Below are positions 22,431 to 36,600 of a DNA stretch of 64,000 nucleotides, piece after piece. The notes beneath the pieces are model-generated. The model was not told the DNA's origin. It saw nothing but the letters and a program-made list of their open reading frames with translations, and searched no databases. Every line of letters begins with the position of its first letter. The first letter of the stretch is position 1. Source of the stretch: Catajapyx aquilonaris (Eukaryota); assembly GCA_000934665.2 (NCBI GenBank), contig KZ538237.1, forward strand, positions 1-64,000, given 5' to 3'. A program made the translations under genes and the position numbers.

Positions 22431-25400
22431 CAACAGGGGATGGGAGAGAGGGCAAATGGGGGGGACACGTTTTCCACATTTTCTGGTTTTAATATGAGAC
22501 CTGCACTGAAGGAGAGACCATGGATGTCACCCAAAATTAAGGTAACTAGTACAGTATGTAAATAATATCCTTGACTTTTAAAGAAACGTTTGCGACTTTT
22601 GACTCATTACCCGTGACACATTGGAAATTAAATAGGGGTTTGAGCCAACTTGTACTGGTAAGACGGTGTACATGATGCAAAAACTGGTCCCACAGCTGCA
22701 GGTCCTAAAAGTGGGATGGCTCACAATGGTGTCGGAAGGGGGAGGGGGAGATGGCTGTAGGGAGCAGTATGTAGATTCTTCTGTGAGGGATGTGGAGAAT
22801 GGGATCACACACATGGCAGCACACTCAGAAGGAACGGAAAGGAAGAGGAGGAGAGAAATATTACTCTGCCTCCATTCAGGACCAGACCAGTTTTGGTAAA
22901 GGCCAGGTGCATATAGGGGGGAGGGGGGGGGGTCAAATATGTTATGGAGCGTTTCGAAAAAAAAAAAGCTGCCGTTATATGCAAACGAGCTGCACGCATG
23001 CACAGAGTCTCCCTCGCTAGAGCAGCCAGTCACGTATTCTTTTTGCGAGCTTTGAGTATAATAGGGCCTTTTCTCTTTTTGGTCACCCCCCTTGCGGCCC
23101 CTCCCCACACCCCTCTCTTTTTTGGGTGTCTCTGGGATGGCCAACTACGTGATAAGTCAGGTCATGTATAGTGCTTTGAGTGTTCAGGAGCTAGCAGGCA
23201 AGAGAAAAACGATGATAAATTTGCAGGATAGTTCATAATATTAAAAAAGTGATGGGGGTATAGGGGCAGGATAATATAATTGCATTGTTGTAAGAAGCCT
23301 AAAAAATAGCGATGGGTACCATGATTATTTTTTTTATGTGACCCGTGATGGTTGTATGATAAATTGCATGTAAAAATTACATTCAATTTCTTAATGTTTT
23401 TGGTCTTGGGTTGTGACGTAATGGTGTGAAAAGCCAGGAATTTACAATGAAATATATTGTCACATTCTGCGTTAAGAGTGGTCAATATTTTTTGTTCTTG
23501 ATTTTTTTGTGTTATAAATTTTTGGCATTTTTGACCCATAGCGTTAATTAGTGTTAACGTTTAATTAAAAGATACAGGTTGAGCAGTGATTAAATGTCAC
23601 AATGCGATAAGGAATGCGTAGAATGACAAATTTTTGTCTGTACAGTATATAGGACGTTTGATGAAAAAAAGTTGCAAGCATTTTGGTGCCATCTAAAAAT
23701 ATAAAAGCTAGAATTGCAAAATAAGGTGACAGTCTAGCTCTAATATAACAATCATCATGTTTAAAAATTGCAGTATCAGCAAATAAAATGATCACAAAAG
23801 CAGGAATTTATTTATTGTACGTCATAACTTGGCAATAAAAAAATGAATTTTGGCTTGGAAATTCTGTGCATATTAAATTAAAAAATTGCAAATTAACACA
23901 TTCAAGCCTAATATTTTCTGAAGCTCATATTATAATAAATACCCCCACCCCCCGAGGGATTTTTGGATTATGCCTATATTTTCAATTCAGCTCTAAAAAA
24001 ATCCATCCTACGTTTAATTTTAGTTGGTCTCGTGTCAGGTGCAGAAATTGACATTTACATAGAGATCCTTAGAAAATAATCATGGCCCAGTTGGGCTATA
24101 AAGAAGAGGTCTAATTTTGCAAATGAATCAAAGAACTGCATATAATTGAGTGTGTCGGCAGATAAAAGGAACATCCCAACTCACCCAAACTTTTCAGGAG
24201 AGCCAAATAAAATTTTACTGCTGAAACACTCTTTCCGGCTTATTTCCGTCAATTTTGAAGCTTTGCTCTCTATTTTTTTCCTTAGGTCATAATATTAAAT
24301 GATTACTTCAGGGCGGAGTGTTTTTTTCTAATTGGGATATGAACAGCTAGTACCACCACAGTGAAAAAATGTAATCAGCCTTACTTTATTTTTTGTTTAT
24401 TTTTTACTGGATGACATTTCCGCTTAAAAATGATGGTAGATGTGTTTCAAGTGCAAAATCTAGGTTTTCAAGATCGATTGGCATACATGACATTTTATCT
24501 GTTAAGGTACGATTTTTTCACAAATATCTGTAGGGCAATACAATTTATTCTTCGGAATAAAACTGTCTTGGCCAACAGAAAAAGAGATAGTTCGACGACT
24601 ATATTGCACAATGCTCAAGTCAATTTCGACCGAAATGGAACTCTGATCATACTGAATATCAGGTCTGCATATGCCTGACTATTATGGGGAGTCATATTAT
24701 CCTATCTAGGATTATAGCTTTGCATATAATATTGTGCAATTCCAAAACATTGCCCAGGCAATATAGTAATAAACTAGAAATGGACAGATGGTGAATATTT
24801 TAGTGCTGCAATGCGATAATAAATACTTCCTGTCCTTACTAACCATATTTATACGCATACCTACCGTTGAGACGGAAAGCCTTTGTTATCATATAGTGGC
24901 AAGTGATTAGGTCAATAGTAATTTTTGACCAGCCACTAATGGCTAATGAAATTGCAGCACTGATTATGATCATGGGATTGCTCCATTTCAACCTTAAAGG
25001 GAGGGGGCTTGATTGAGGGTGACTAATATGGATAAGACCACATAAATAGGAAATTAAAGTGCTGCCATTGTACACCTATACTCTAATATCTTTGGGGAAA
25101 ATATTTATGCCATGGAAATCAGGAAAATAATTCAAAATTGAATCGATTTTTTTTTCAATAGAGAGAAATGACTTGATATATTGAAAAATCATTAACTGAC
25201 AATATATACCATGAAGTTAATTTCCAATGTCTGTGTAATACAGAGAACAACAGGTTTTTCTAAATTATCTCATAAGTTGTTAAATGTCGGTTTTTGTCGA
25301 ACATCCATTTCATTTTGAGAGGTTTCCAAATAATCAGGTCATAAGGTATGATCATACAGGAATGCACCACTAACGGTTGTTATTATGAGATTTTTTGGGA

Positions 25401-28400
25401 GTTTACAAATGTGACGTCATTTTCAGCCTAACCATTACGTCACATCCACACGTTATATTACCTCCTACCAGGTGACGTACTTTATGGGCGATCCCACATG
25501 ACAATGCGCAATAATAAAACGTCAAATGACCCAAGCATATGATGGCCTCGTATCACCTGCCCTTGGCCACCTCACAACCACCGAGGCAATTCAGTCTTAA
25601 CTCCGTGGCTTTAACAGTGACATCGCCGGACAATATTTCTGGATCTTACAATAAGGTATGTTGTTTGCGCCAATTTAACCTTGATCTCTGGAGTTTGGTA
25701 CCACGTAGGCGCAATTGTCTTTTGCAAAGTATTATGTTACATCCGCTCTGCGCAGATTGTCCCCTGGATGGTGTGACTCAGGTTCACCAAGGCCCTTCAA
25801 AGTCACGTTGCTGACCTTAAACTAGGCCAAGGGTCACTCCAAGTGGCCATTAGTCATTTTTTAAATACATTTTTAAAGCACATAAGTCTGAGGGCCTCTT
25901 TCCATCTTCCCATGGCAATGTGATTTGCATGTAGAAAAAGATGGTGCGGGAAAGAGGAGGGCGTGTAGGGAAGAGGGCGAGACGAAGTGTTTTTCACATG
26001 CAAATTCGACCTCTTGGGTTGGGGGTTCGTCGCGTTCCCAAGGTGTGAAATAATCGAGTGTGGCCGGCCACATGCAGAACCTTGGTTTTGGACCCACCCG
26101 TTCCCAGCACCACCCTTCCATATTTTTTTTGTTTTTCAATTTTTTTTTTTTCTCTAGCAGGGGGGGAGGGGGAAGTAGATGGACGCTTCTTTTGCATACA
26201 GCCGTTTTAAACGCTCAGCTTGGCCAAAATTAACACGACGGTTAGCACCCAGTGAATCGTCCCTTAAAGTCATGTTGATTTATCCTGAAATGAAATTACG
26301 CGCGGTTGATTGCTTTTTGCTTTTAATCTGCACTTGGTATCAATATTTATGCTGAATCTACACAGGAACTATTTGCAGTCCATATGTATGAAGTGTAGTA
26401 ATCGCATCGCTTTCATCTAGGTCAATATTTGCCAACTTTTTCCGATTGATACAGTTACGCTCTCGAGGGGGGAGGGGGGGGGGGTTACAATTTTTTTTGC
26501 TCCATACTTGCTCGTGGCTAAGTACTGCCCAGTTTGGTCACCACGGCACAGACCGGTCTTCCACACAGCGGGCCGGTCCCCATGCATCTGTTACGGATAG
26601 GCCAATTAACCCTCAGCCGGAAGCTCCATTTGCATACCGCGCTCTTTCTAAACTCCCCGGTTTCATTCACCCTTCCCTGCACTCTTTTCAAGGCGGAAAC
26701 AGAGAGACCAAAGGAGTTAGGGCTGACATATATGCTGGATGGGGGGAGGGCACCCGTGACCTACAGGATATGCCCATCCACCCAAGTCGTATGCAAAACA
26801 GGTAGGCCAGGGCGAAAATTTTCACGTCTGAACCTGGCGACCCTCGTTTAGTTTCAAGCTGCTCAGCTCTTTTCACGGGTGTGCGCTCTTATGGATGCGA
26901 CATACCATGTGAGTAGTTGGTGGTGACAAAGTTTGGATGGGTTTTTATCCCCCAATTTGACTGGAGGTTTGTATACAGTGTGGGGGGAGATTATTTCAGA
27001 TTTGTATAGTGGGAGGCAGGTTAGTTGGGGGTAATAGCAAAATAATTACACATTGAATAGCCCAATAGAACAAGCCAGGGTAATATAGGCCTCAAAAATA
27101 ATGAATTGGGAATTGACATTTTTGCAGGGAAAATTGTCATCTTGAAGGCTGCCTTTTGTTGGGATGATCCGAAGGCTCACTAAGTGGATTGTAAAGGATC
27201 AGGAAATAATTGATTTTTGGGGGGAAAATATGTTTTTTCCGACGTCGTGGCTTTTTTTTGTAAATATGCATTTTAAGCTATTGATTTGATTTTTAAAAGG
27301 GGCTGTTAAATCAACGACAAAGTTCATTTTTTATATTTGTAACATTTTATTGTAAAGTATGCAATTTTTTTGCGTTATGTCAAATTGGGTTTGTGCCCTG
27401 AATGGAATATAATGTTACAGCTTTTTAACTTTTACGTTGAATAATTTTTTGGGCAGTCCTCAAAAATGACTGCAATATTTGACTACTACTTGGTCTCTAA
27501 GCCAGATCAAGGAAGGAATCCCTAATATGTGCCTGTCCGTCGAGGACAGTGACAGGCTCATTTCCTTGATTTTTGGTTTTTAATAATTAGATTTGGAGTT
27601 CACAGGCAGAGTCAGTAGTAACTGGAAAATATACATAAAAAGCCAAATCGTGTATGGGAAAATTTGCCAGATTCCAAGGAACATACAGTTTCTCAACCAG
27701 CGTTTTTTTTTGAGCTGCAAAGAAACTGTTTTCGATCAAGTCGAAGCGATTTCCTGAAATATTTTGAGATGTATCACGAAAATATTGTAGGCTAAATTCT
27801 GAACTACCAATCCCAATTTTCACCTCTTACAAAATAGCGTCTATACTTGAAACATCGTCAATTACGCCTTTTGATTGGTAAATTTTGATTAAGTACCGGT
27901 AACCCATTTAATATTTTAATAGTTTATCCACAATATGAGTAAAATATGGGCTCCAAAATCCGGAATTTCCTCTCTCTAAAAATTGAGTTAAAAAAGGGCT
28001 TTAAAAATCGGCGCTATTCCTAGTGAAGAAAAATGCCAAACCAATCCAAATAATATACAAGTAGAGTTCGCTGTGTCTGAAAAAAATGCACATTTCGAGC
28101 ATGAAACTGGTCTGTGCCTTTTCAGACTGTATGTTATAAGCTTCCCTGTAATCCCCCCCCCNCCCCCCCAATACTCGTAACAGTCATGTAGGCCTATGCC
28201 ACATTGGTAAACCTATAGCCTACAAACCGACAACGTATAACTGGGAGAGTAAATATTATCCATGCATTATCATAATGGCACAATATTTAAGACATTGGTC
28301 CATAATGTCACAAGGCGAGGATGAATGCCAGTTATACGAGTATAAACCAATAAAAATCAGAGCCGTAAACCTTTCCAATACTGAGATGGTTGCATTTATA

Positions 28401-31400
28401 AAAACTTTTTTAAAACTCTGCATGTGATTGTTGCGTCTGTACAGTATATCGTAACAATATCAACTGCCCCTGACCTCACTCCTATCACTAAAATTATTTT
28501 CTTAGTGCCACTATTACATGGTGTAATTTTTCATTTCTGCTAGGTTGCAATTAGTGTAACTCTTACCCTGCTCTCTATAGCAATAACAAATTGCCTTCTA
28601 ATATGCCTACCTTTCATCATCCGCATTCTTATTGATCTGATTATTATTTTTTTCCAACCCACTACCCCCCTCCACACTACCGCAACCACCACCCTTCCCC
28701 ATCATTTTTTCCCCACATTTTAATCTCCATGGTCGTACATTACTTATCTAGGAAATGACTTCCCTTTACTGTTTGACAGCCTCGTACGAAATTATGGGCC
28801 AAGTCCTATCAGTAGGGAATCCCTCCCCTCTTCTCAACCATCCCTCAACTCCCCACCCAGCCTTCCCCCTCCACGATTTTTACATTTTTTTTTTGTGGGG
28901 GTAGGGACTGAACAGCACCTAGGCCAATAAAAGGCCAGGGTATGATGAGGCGCTATATATTTATTTTTTATGGCGGATTGGCAACCTTGTGAGGAAAGAT
29001 GGTGTATTGCGCAAAAGGGCGGAAATTGCGGCGTGGGCGGGGCGATATTTGAAGGGGAGAAAGGGGCGAAATGGGGTGAATGCGCGGGGGTGGTGGGGGA
29101 GGAAAATTCGTTGGCTGCACAGTGCTGAACTCAGGTGGTGGACATAAGAAGCTGGGGTTTCTGATCGTTGCCGCACGTCAATGGGGGGCCAGAGTGTGAC
29201 CTTTGAGCCCGACCTGGGGTCAGATTGGGAAAATAAATTTGGGTGAGTTTTTCAGGGTTTTGTAGCTTCAGAGAGTTATTTTGTGGCCAGAATTTAGTTG
29301 CACATAATGTGCTTCGAGAGAGCATGGGCTATATGCTTAATTGTCATCGGAATATATGCTGAGTTTTAGCCCGGGCAAAATCCTGGTGGTGTAGAATGTT
29401 GTGTAATAAAATATGCAAACCAGAAACCTTCTCCACAAACATCAGAGGCAGCTTGGAGTGTCTGGTATGTATTTTGGACCGGTCCTAAATAATTTTTGTC
29501 GTGAGGTGAGGATCAATGAACCTAAAGGGATAATCCATGTGCAGAGGACCGTAATAAGGTTAGCATCTATATAACTCGGCACTTAGCTAATAGGATAGGA
29601 TATAATCTGCATATTTAGCCATATTATTATTTTTTACAACAAAAGCGACTGCATATGTCTGCAACTTCGACACCGCTACGTAATAATGAAAAAAAAGGTG
29701 TTCAATTATGTCCCCCAAAAAATTAAGTTGCCCTGACATTTGAGTCTATAGCGTGCTCAAAAAAGTAGCACGTCGCATGCAATGAACTGATAATGGAATT
29801 TGCAAATTGAACACTTGAAAGTCGGCCTACCGAAAAATTGAAACGTGAAAAGGGTAGCTGTGGAACACCTGCGATATATTTACCGCAGAAATTTACATCA
29901 ATATGACAAGTGGGAGAAAACGCAAGGGCTAACCTTTCTTATTATGCTGCAAATAAGCCTGAACCTTTCGGGTAAGGGTTAGCCCACAAATCAAAGTTCT
30001 GTATAGGCTCGAATTTGACATATTCATAGTATGTTTTGAGTAAGCCTATACTTTTGTAAATACAGGGTGGCTTTTGATGTTGCACCGGCGATGAACATTC
30101 GTTTTTTTTATATTGGGTGCGTGAGACATATAGCCTGCGTGTAGATGTGCTAGTGGATCCTACCAGCATGTGAATAACGACGGGTTACGACCGCTAACGC
30201 TATGCACGCATTATATTATTAATTGTTGCCAAATTGCCAACAATTAAGCAACAGTTGATGACAAGAAAACAAATAGTCGTTCAGGTACAAACAGCCATTT
30301 TCACTTTTCGTCTCGAAACATTTGACTGAATTCTTCAAATGTGATATAATACGCGTTTCAATGGGTGGCCTGCCCTACACTGCTATCGGATTTGCCGGAA
30401 ATAAATACAATATTTTATAAAATAATGTGTAATCTAAAATATATTTCTCAAGCATGAGTTACAATATTGCATACTGATGTGGGTATACTAGCAGTAAAAG
30501 TGGCGCGCCCATTTCCTAAAACTATTCATGAAAGTTTATTCTGGATTCAAATGAGTTTGGAAGGAATTCACGTATGACCGTACGTCGCATCGGCTTGAGA
30601 GCAAAATGTCACACACGAATTAAAAATCCTGATCATATAACCTTCTAATCTACAGCTAACATTACCTGTCATGATGCGTTTTATCATTATGCAGGATGCA
30701 ATAGTTCTAAATTGGCACATGTTTTTTTGCGATATTCCAAGAAAATATGCTAGCATATCATAATTATTATGTAGGCCTAGTCGAGTTTCGGGAATTACGG
30801 TACACTTCAATGTAGCATCGGATATTTTTGCGTATTAAAAATTTTTCTTTACTGAGCATGAATTGTTGATTTTCAAAATGTTTTTCAAAATTCTGGCAGG
30901 TGTTTCGCAAATATTTCTCCAACCCCAAAATATATTTCTGGGCAAATCTGATATGATGGCCGAATGAAGTTTAGATGCCGCGAGCATCATCTGATGATTG
31001 AATCTCCTCAGCATATGGAGCAGATAAGTTGGAATAAGCTTAGGAAGGCCTTGTTTTCCCCCCACTGTTTGCATTATTTAGCTGTCTTCTAGTCCCCTTG
31101 GTTTTGTTTCGTGCGTCGGTTAGGGGGTTCCTGTGGACGAGTCATCCTCCATTCAGGATTTTTTGGGGATAGGGTGGGGGGAGAAAGTGAAAAAATGAGG
31201 TTTAATGGGGCTCATGTGAGTTGAGTCAACGTAGAGAAAGATGGTGGAAAATCCGTTCTAGAGAACCAATCGTATGCCACCGATTTTAGGGTGCGTCAGC
31301 AGCTGCAGATCACTGACTACGGATTGGAGGGATTGCAAACGTCATTGTTGCCAGCATGCTGTCACCTTAGACCTTGTTAGTGCTGCACCGATGTGGCCAC

Positions 31401-33603
31401 CTTTTCAGACACTATAACAGATTTAGGGCTGGAGAAAGTATTTAAATATTAAAATTGGAGAAAGTAAATATGATTTTGCATAAGATTAGGTTTCTAACTA
31501 TCTGCCATAGTCTTTCTGAATCATCATGTGGTTTTAGCTTCGAGATTGACATAGATGGTTGGAAATTATTTAAAAGAAATTTAGAGTCTACAGGTCCAGC
31601 AGTTCACGGCCTTAGATAATTAAAAATAACAATTAGCCTGATACAGAAGATTCACAATGCCTCCAAAGTTTCGCAACAATTGGTATGTAGATTTATCAAA
31701 CTTTTGGCATAGTCACTCTCTCACGTATATAACTTCAAAAAGTCTTTGTTTTTATTCGAGATAAGCCGAATGAAGAAAGCACGCACCGGCTGAGTGAAAG
31801 AACAGACCTGGAACTATCAAGATAATTCATATAATTAGGGGCATTTCCTGTTCTAAAATCTGTGTAATTAGGATCATAATAACGAGAGGTTTTAAAGGAA
31901 AGGTGTATTTACAAGTGTGCAAGACTAATAAGAGGTCATTGTTTCTCTCTGATAAGTTATATGTACCAGTTCTGTATATACAATACACTGCATAGGATGT
32001 CCATAAATAAACTAAAACAGGTTTGAATCGGATCTGACGCTAATGAATCACTCACACCAGGTAGATATTTATGACTAACGGTAGGACATCCTTACAGGTT
32101 GGCAACCAGTGATGCACAGGTGTTTAAAAAAAAGTTCGCCATATATTATAATCAGGCAATAATTACTGTATCCTTTATCTATATATATTTTTTCAAATTA
32201 ATATACAACAGAATTTGGATATGCAATCGCCATTTTATAAATAAAAATCGAAATGACCGAGCGCCATCTTGGCCAAAAAAAGTGCTTTGATATTTGTGGC
32301 TGGAAATCGCATTAGGGCAATGGAGAGCTTGAGTAAGCAATATTGACGGTCGGATCGTCTTGGGAATGGGTGAAAGGAGTGTCAATCATGACGATGGCCG
32401 TCAATCAGGTGCCGATTTGCCGCAAGAGAGGAACTTATACTGCTGGTGAAGGCGGCGGTCCCTTGCGGACCATTGAACAAACTTAGTTTTGGAAATCGGA
32501 GCTACCAGATCGAAAATCTGTTTTTATTGCTATAGTAGCTGGCAGGTATTAAAAATTTGAAATAAAAATGGGATTATGAGCGAGGCTTCCTATATATGGG
32601 AACATATGCAGGTTCCAATGTTTTTTTTTTTTTTTTGGATGGCCCTTGTTGATGGAAAATGCTGTAGCGTATGTAAGGCAAATTACTGTTGCCGGGTTTA
32701 CAAAAAATGGGGAAGACTGATGACATACGGATGTTAAGTTAACCTTTTATGTTAAGAGCCTGATCCCGACCACACACGGCGGATGCGTGTATAGGGCAAA
32801 TATACCAATTTTTTTGTGGGGAACCAAATATGTAGCAATTTGTTTTAAGCTTTATAAGATGTTCCAAATGTACAGTTGGTGCAATTATCATATGATTGTT
32901 CAGTGAGCAGCATAAAATGTTGACAAACAGTTTGGGCATAAAGCCTTTGAAGTGCGGTACCTGCTAGTATAATTGCATGCTCTGTCGTATAGGCTGTTGG
33001 TTACCGCACTTGGTGTGAGTTATGGTCTCTAAAGTACATTCAATAGACGGCATTGTATTTTCTTGGGCTGGTTATCCAAGCCATCTTCACGCCCAAATTC
33101 ATGACTTGATCCTGACTTTTTGTACAACCCTATATTTTGTTTCTGTTAACGAGCGGAAGCGACAACAAATGGGTGACGTTTTGGTGCAGATGGCGATTAC
33201 TGCTGCCCGAGGTGTTAATTAGGCTGCATACCCCAGCGAAGAAATCTCGTTAAGAAATTTTCATTATGGATATGTAAATGATTTTTTATGTGGCAATTAG
33301 TTCAGCTGACGAAATTAGGTTAAGTTGAGGGTGCGGAGGATTTTTTTACGGCTCTGACTAGTCAGGGAGGGAATTTAAATGGACTGCAGTTTGTCATGTA
33401 GGAATTAGCATGCGCGTGGGATTCGCCAATAATTTGCATGACTTAATAATGCGTCATTGTCATCCTATTTTCACGCCTTAAAGCAATAATAAAGTGACAT
33501 TATAATGCAAAGGTTGTGTACGATACTTTCAAACCATTGCCTCCTGTAATGGTAATACATGTAATAATAGTTTGCAATATGCTATACAGATATGCATATT
33601 ATA

Positions 33604-33695
33604 CAGTGTGTTCCAAGTATCCGGGTCACTTTTGGATAACTGCTATCGCCCGATAGCAGTTATCCAAAAATGACCCGGATACTTGGAACACCCTG
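33604..33695. mobile_element. Tc1/mariner-type hairpin MITE
   Basis: CAGTGTGTTCCAAGTATCCGGGTCA.. / ..TGACCCGGATACTTGGAACACCCTG, ~45-bp arms with a 2-nt loop; TA TSD (33602-33603, 33696-33697). Confidence 0.9.
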
Positions 33696-36600
33696 TATAC
33701 ATATATCAGCAATTTCGTTTATAGTGGATGGGAGTACCAATCAGTCAAGTGTCTTAAGTTTAAAGGGAAGAAATTATTGTAATATGTAATATTTTTTTAA
33801 GACCCTGCTGATAAGATATGTGTAACTTGCCAAAAACGTCTGACCATCAGAGCTGTAACCATTCAACACTGTATACATATACATACTGTAGCCTACATAC
33901 TGGCATACATAATATGTATGTACTGTATGTATGTACAATATACATTATTATATTGTATAAACTGAATATATTAGTATATTCCACGACTAGAAGCTCCTTA
34001 TTGGCTAATGTCAAATGTTCGATTGGCTAACATAATTTTTGTTAATTTTTAAAATAATGATGATGATGATGATGAGGGTGCTGGTGCTGGATATGTAAAT
34101 AACAAATTGTCGGTTTCTTCTGCTGTATCTCCTGGTGAAGTCCATTTCGTCGTAAAGATTTGTAATTATCCAGCAAACCTGAATTTTCTGTCTTCACAGG
34201 CATGTAATCAAGTGCACGGACAAATTTTTGCTTTTGATTATCTCAAAACTGATTTTTCTTTATTTATTTATAGTTGTTAGTTTATTTCTCCTCTAATACA
34301 CAATATATGTATTCTACTGCAGAACCACATTCAAGTATAGTTTTTAAAAACACATCCGTATACAGTATAGCAACAACACTGCAGACCTCTTGTATGGGCA
34401 CATTATAAAACAAAGCATGTCCATTAAAAAAAAAAAAATTGGAGCACGGTCCGACACGAGGCTGTTGATGGTGAGGTATAGGGAAAGAGGGAGAAAAAAA
34501 ATGGCGAAGTTCTATTTACGTGAGACGCAACTCGATTTTCTCGAGACTGATAGAGCAAGTGGATCCGGCTTATAACCTTTTCCAGGATGGGGGAGGTCTT
34601 AAAAGAAGCGAGCGAAGGTATTGATTGGAGACATTCCATTAACTGTTGTGCCACTTTCGTCATTCAAAGTGGATGGAGCCCTCGGTGGAAAAGATTTGCC
34701 CTGGGCTTTTATAAAAAGGATGAAAGGAAAGGTGGGTGGTGGAGGAGGCCCGCTTCCATTTTGTTCAGCCATTTTCTTTGAAAGAGGGGTGGAAAATGAA
34801 GACTAAATTTGTCTCAGCAATTTTGGAATGTATATAGCCTGCAGATGTGTGTTTCATATAGTTAATTCGCCTGACTTTGGAGGATAATGGTGTTATCAAA
34901 AGGGGGGCATGTGCTGAATTATTACGGTAATGCAACATTTTTGCCAATTGTTAGTGTAATGTTGGCAGATGTCGTGCATATCATTCGACTCCAACCAATC
35001 ATGTGACAAATATTTAAAATATTATGCAACTTCTTCTATTCTAGTATATATATCCTGTTGTAGTAGGCAACTATGTGTATGATTATCTGGTAGTATACTC
35101 TGCAGGATATGTGACACCAAAAGACAGATGAGACTATGCAAAAATAGTTGGGTATTCGTAGGCCACCTGATGATCTCTTGGCAGTCCCCCCCCCCTATTC
35201 CCTTCCCCACAAAAACCGGTTTCTTTCTCACGTTCTCCCCCTCCCACCCCCCAAAAACACACCCCTCATCATTTACATGTCCTGCCTGAATTTGCATACA
35301 GCCCAGCTACTCATTCCACGGCAGCTTTTTTATGCCTGGTAACGGGCAGCCATTCTTATCCATTCATTCGATTGCGGATAAAAATAATAGGGGGAGTAGG
35401 AAAAAAAATCTATGGGAACTGAATTTCAGAAACTTGACCTGGAGATGATGTCGAAAAGCTGAATTGTTAATTCGTGCATGCCGACCGTCTCTTGAATTCC
35501 CCTTGAAAAACATTCCATATTCATTACGCCCTTTTGTATCTGCTGTTGTGTTTTTTTAAGTAGTATGTATATAGAGCGACGGGTCTGCATGTTTTAAAAT
35601 TTCATCATCCCCATAAGTTACACTTGGCCAGTTGGGCCTGATGCTTATGAAAACAGTTTTGATATTACAACTCTCCAGAATAAATTTTTTTTCCGCTTTA
35701 TGTATTTTTGAAAAGCGAAATCAGCTGCCATAAACCGAACCTGTGTTTTCTTAGAGCCTTATTAAAATAACTCTTATTGAAACACCATTGAACAGATGTT
35801 ACAGGGGGGAAAAAAAGCAATGTCGTACTCCTTTATACAAACTTACAGGAAATATAGCCAGAACAAAAATGCCTAGGGCCAACCATTCCCCCTTAATTTA
35901 TAGAATTGCCTTTACGCATTATAATTAGTAACAGCCAAATTAGTGTAAACGTATAACAAGTCGTAGCTTTTGGCTACTTGTCACAATAATTTGTTACAGT
36001 GTGCTCGAAAATGAGCTTTTTTTTTATTATCATGCCGTATGCTGGCTCATTCATCTTGGTGGATATATGGCTGAAATGATGTGTTGGACCGGCAGCATTT
36101 TTTAAGAGCGGATTTGCATGCACTTAGTACGTCCCTGGAGGCCCACTATAAAACATCATTCTTGGGAAATATGCCCCCCCAACGGATATGAGTGATAATG
36201 AAAGGGGGATATACAGTAAATAACTATACTGCTTCATAACATGGCCTAAACCCTAGAGGAAGGATTTGGCTGTAGAAAAATGGGCTTGTTTGACTAATAA
36301 TGTGCATTTGGAAGAATAATGCTCGTAATTATATTATCCTATCAGTTTGGTATGATTCTGTGAATTGTTATACACCTTATGGAACACTCTGTATATGGCT
36401 AGTTAACAATATCAAAACTTATACCAACCGAGCTGCGATAGTTTTTGCTTGACAATCCAGACGTCGCCACATGATAGCAATAATTTATTATTAATATCTG
36501 ACTCTGACAGGAAATAACGGTCACAAAACTTCATGCTCCAAGCCCGTATCATGCAAATCTTGGCTTCTTATTCGCCCAAAAAGGTGAGTTAGAGTGGGCT

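Noticed and set aside
22578..23171. 188-aa and overlapping ORFs (TGKT P-loop-like word)
   Set aside because: No domain context; composition is driven by homopolymers and probable MITE remnants.
23160..25500. Old DNA-transposon fragments
   Set aside because: The texture is suggestive, but I could not pair TIRs or find TSDs.
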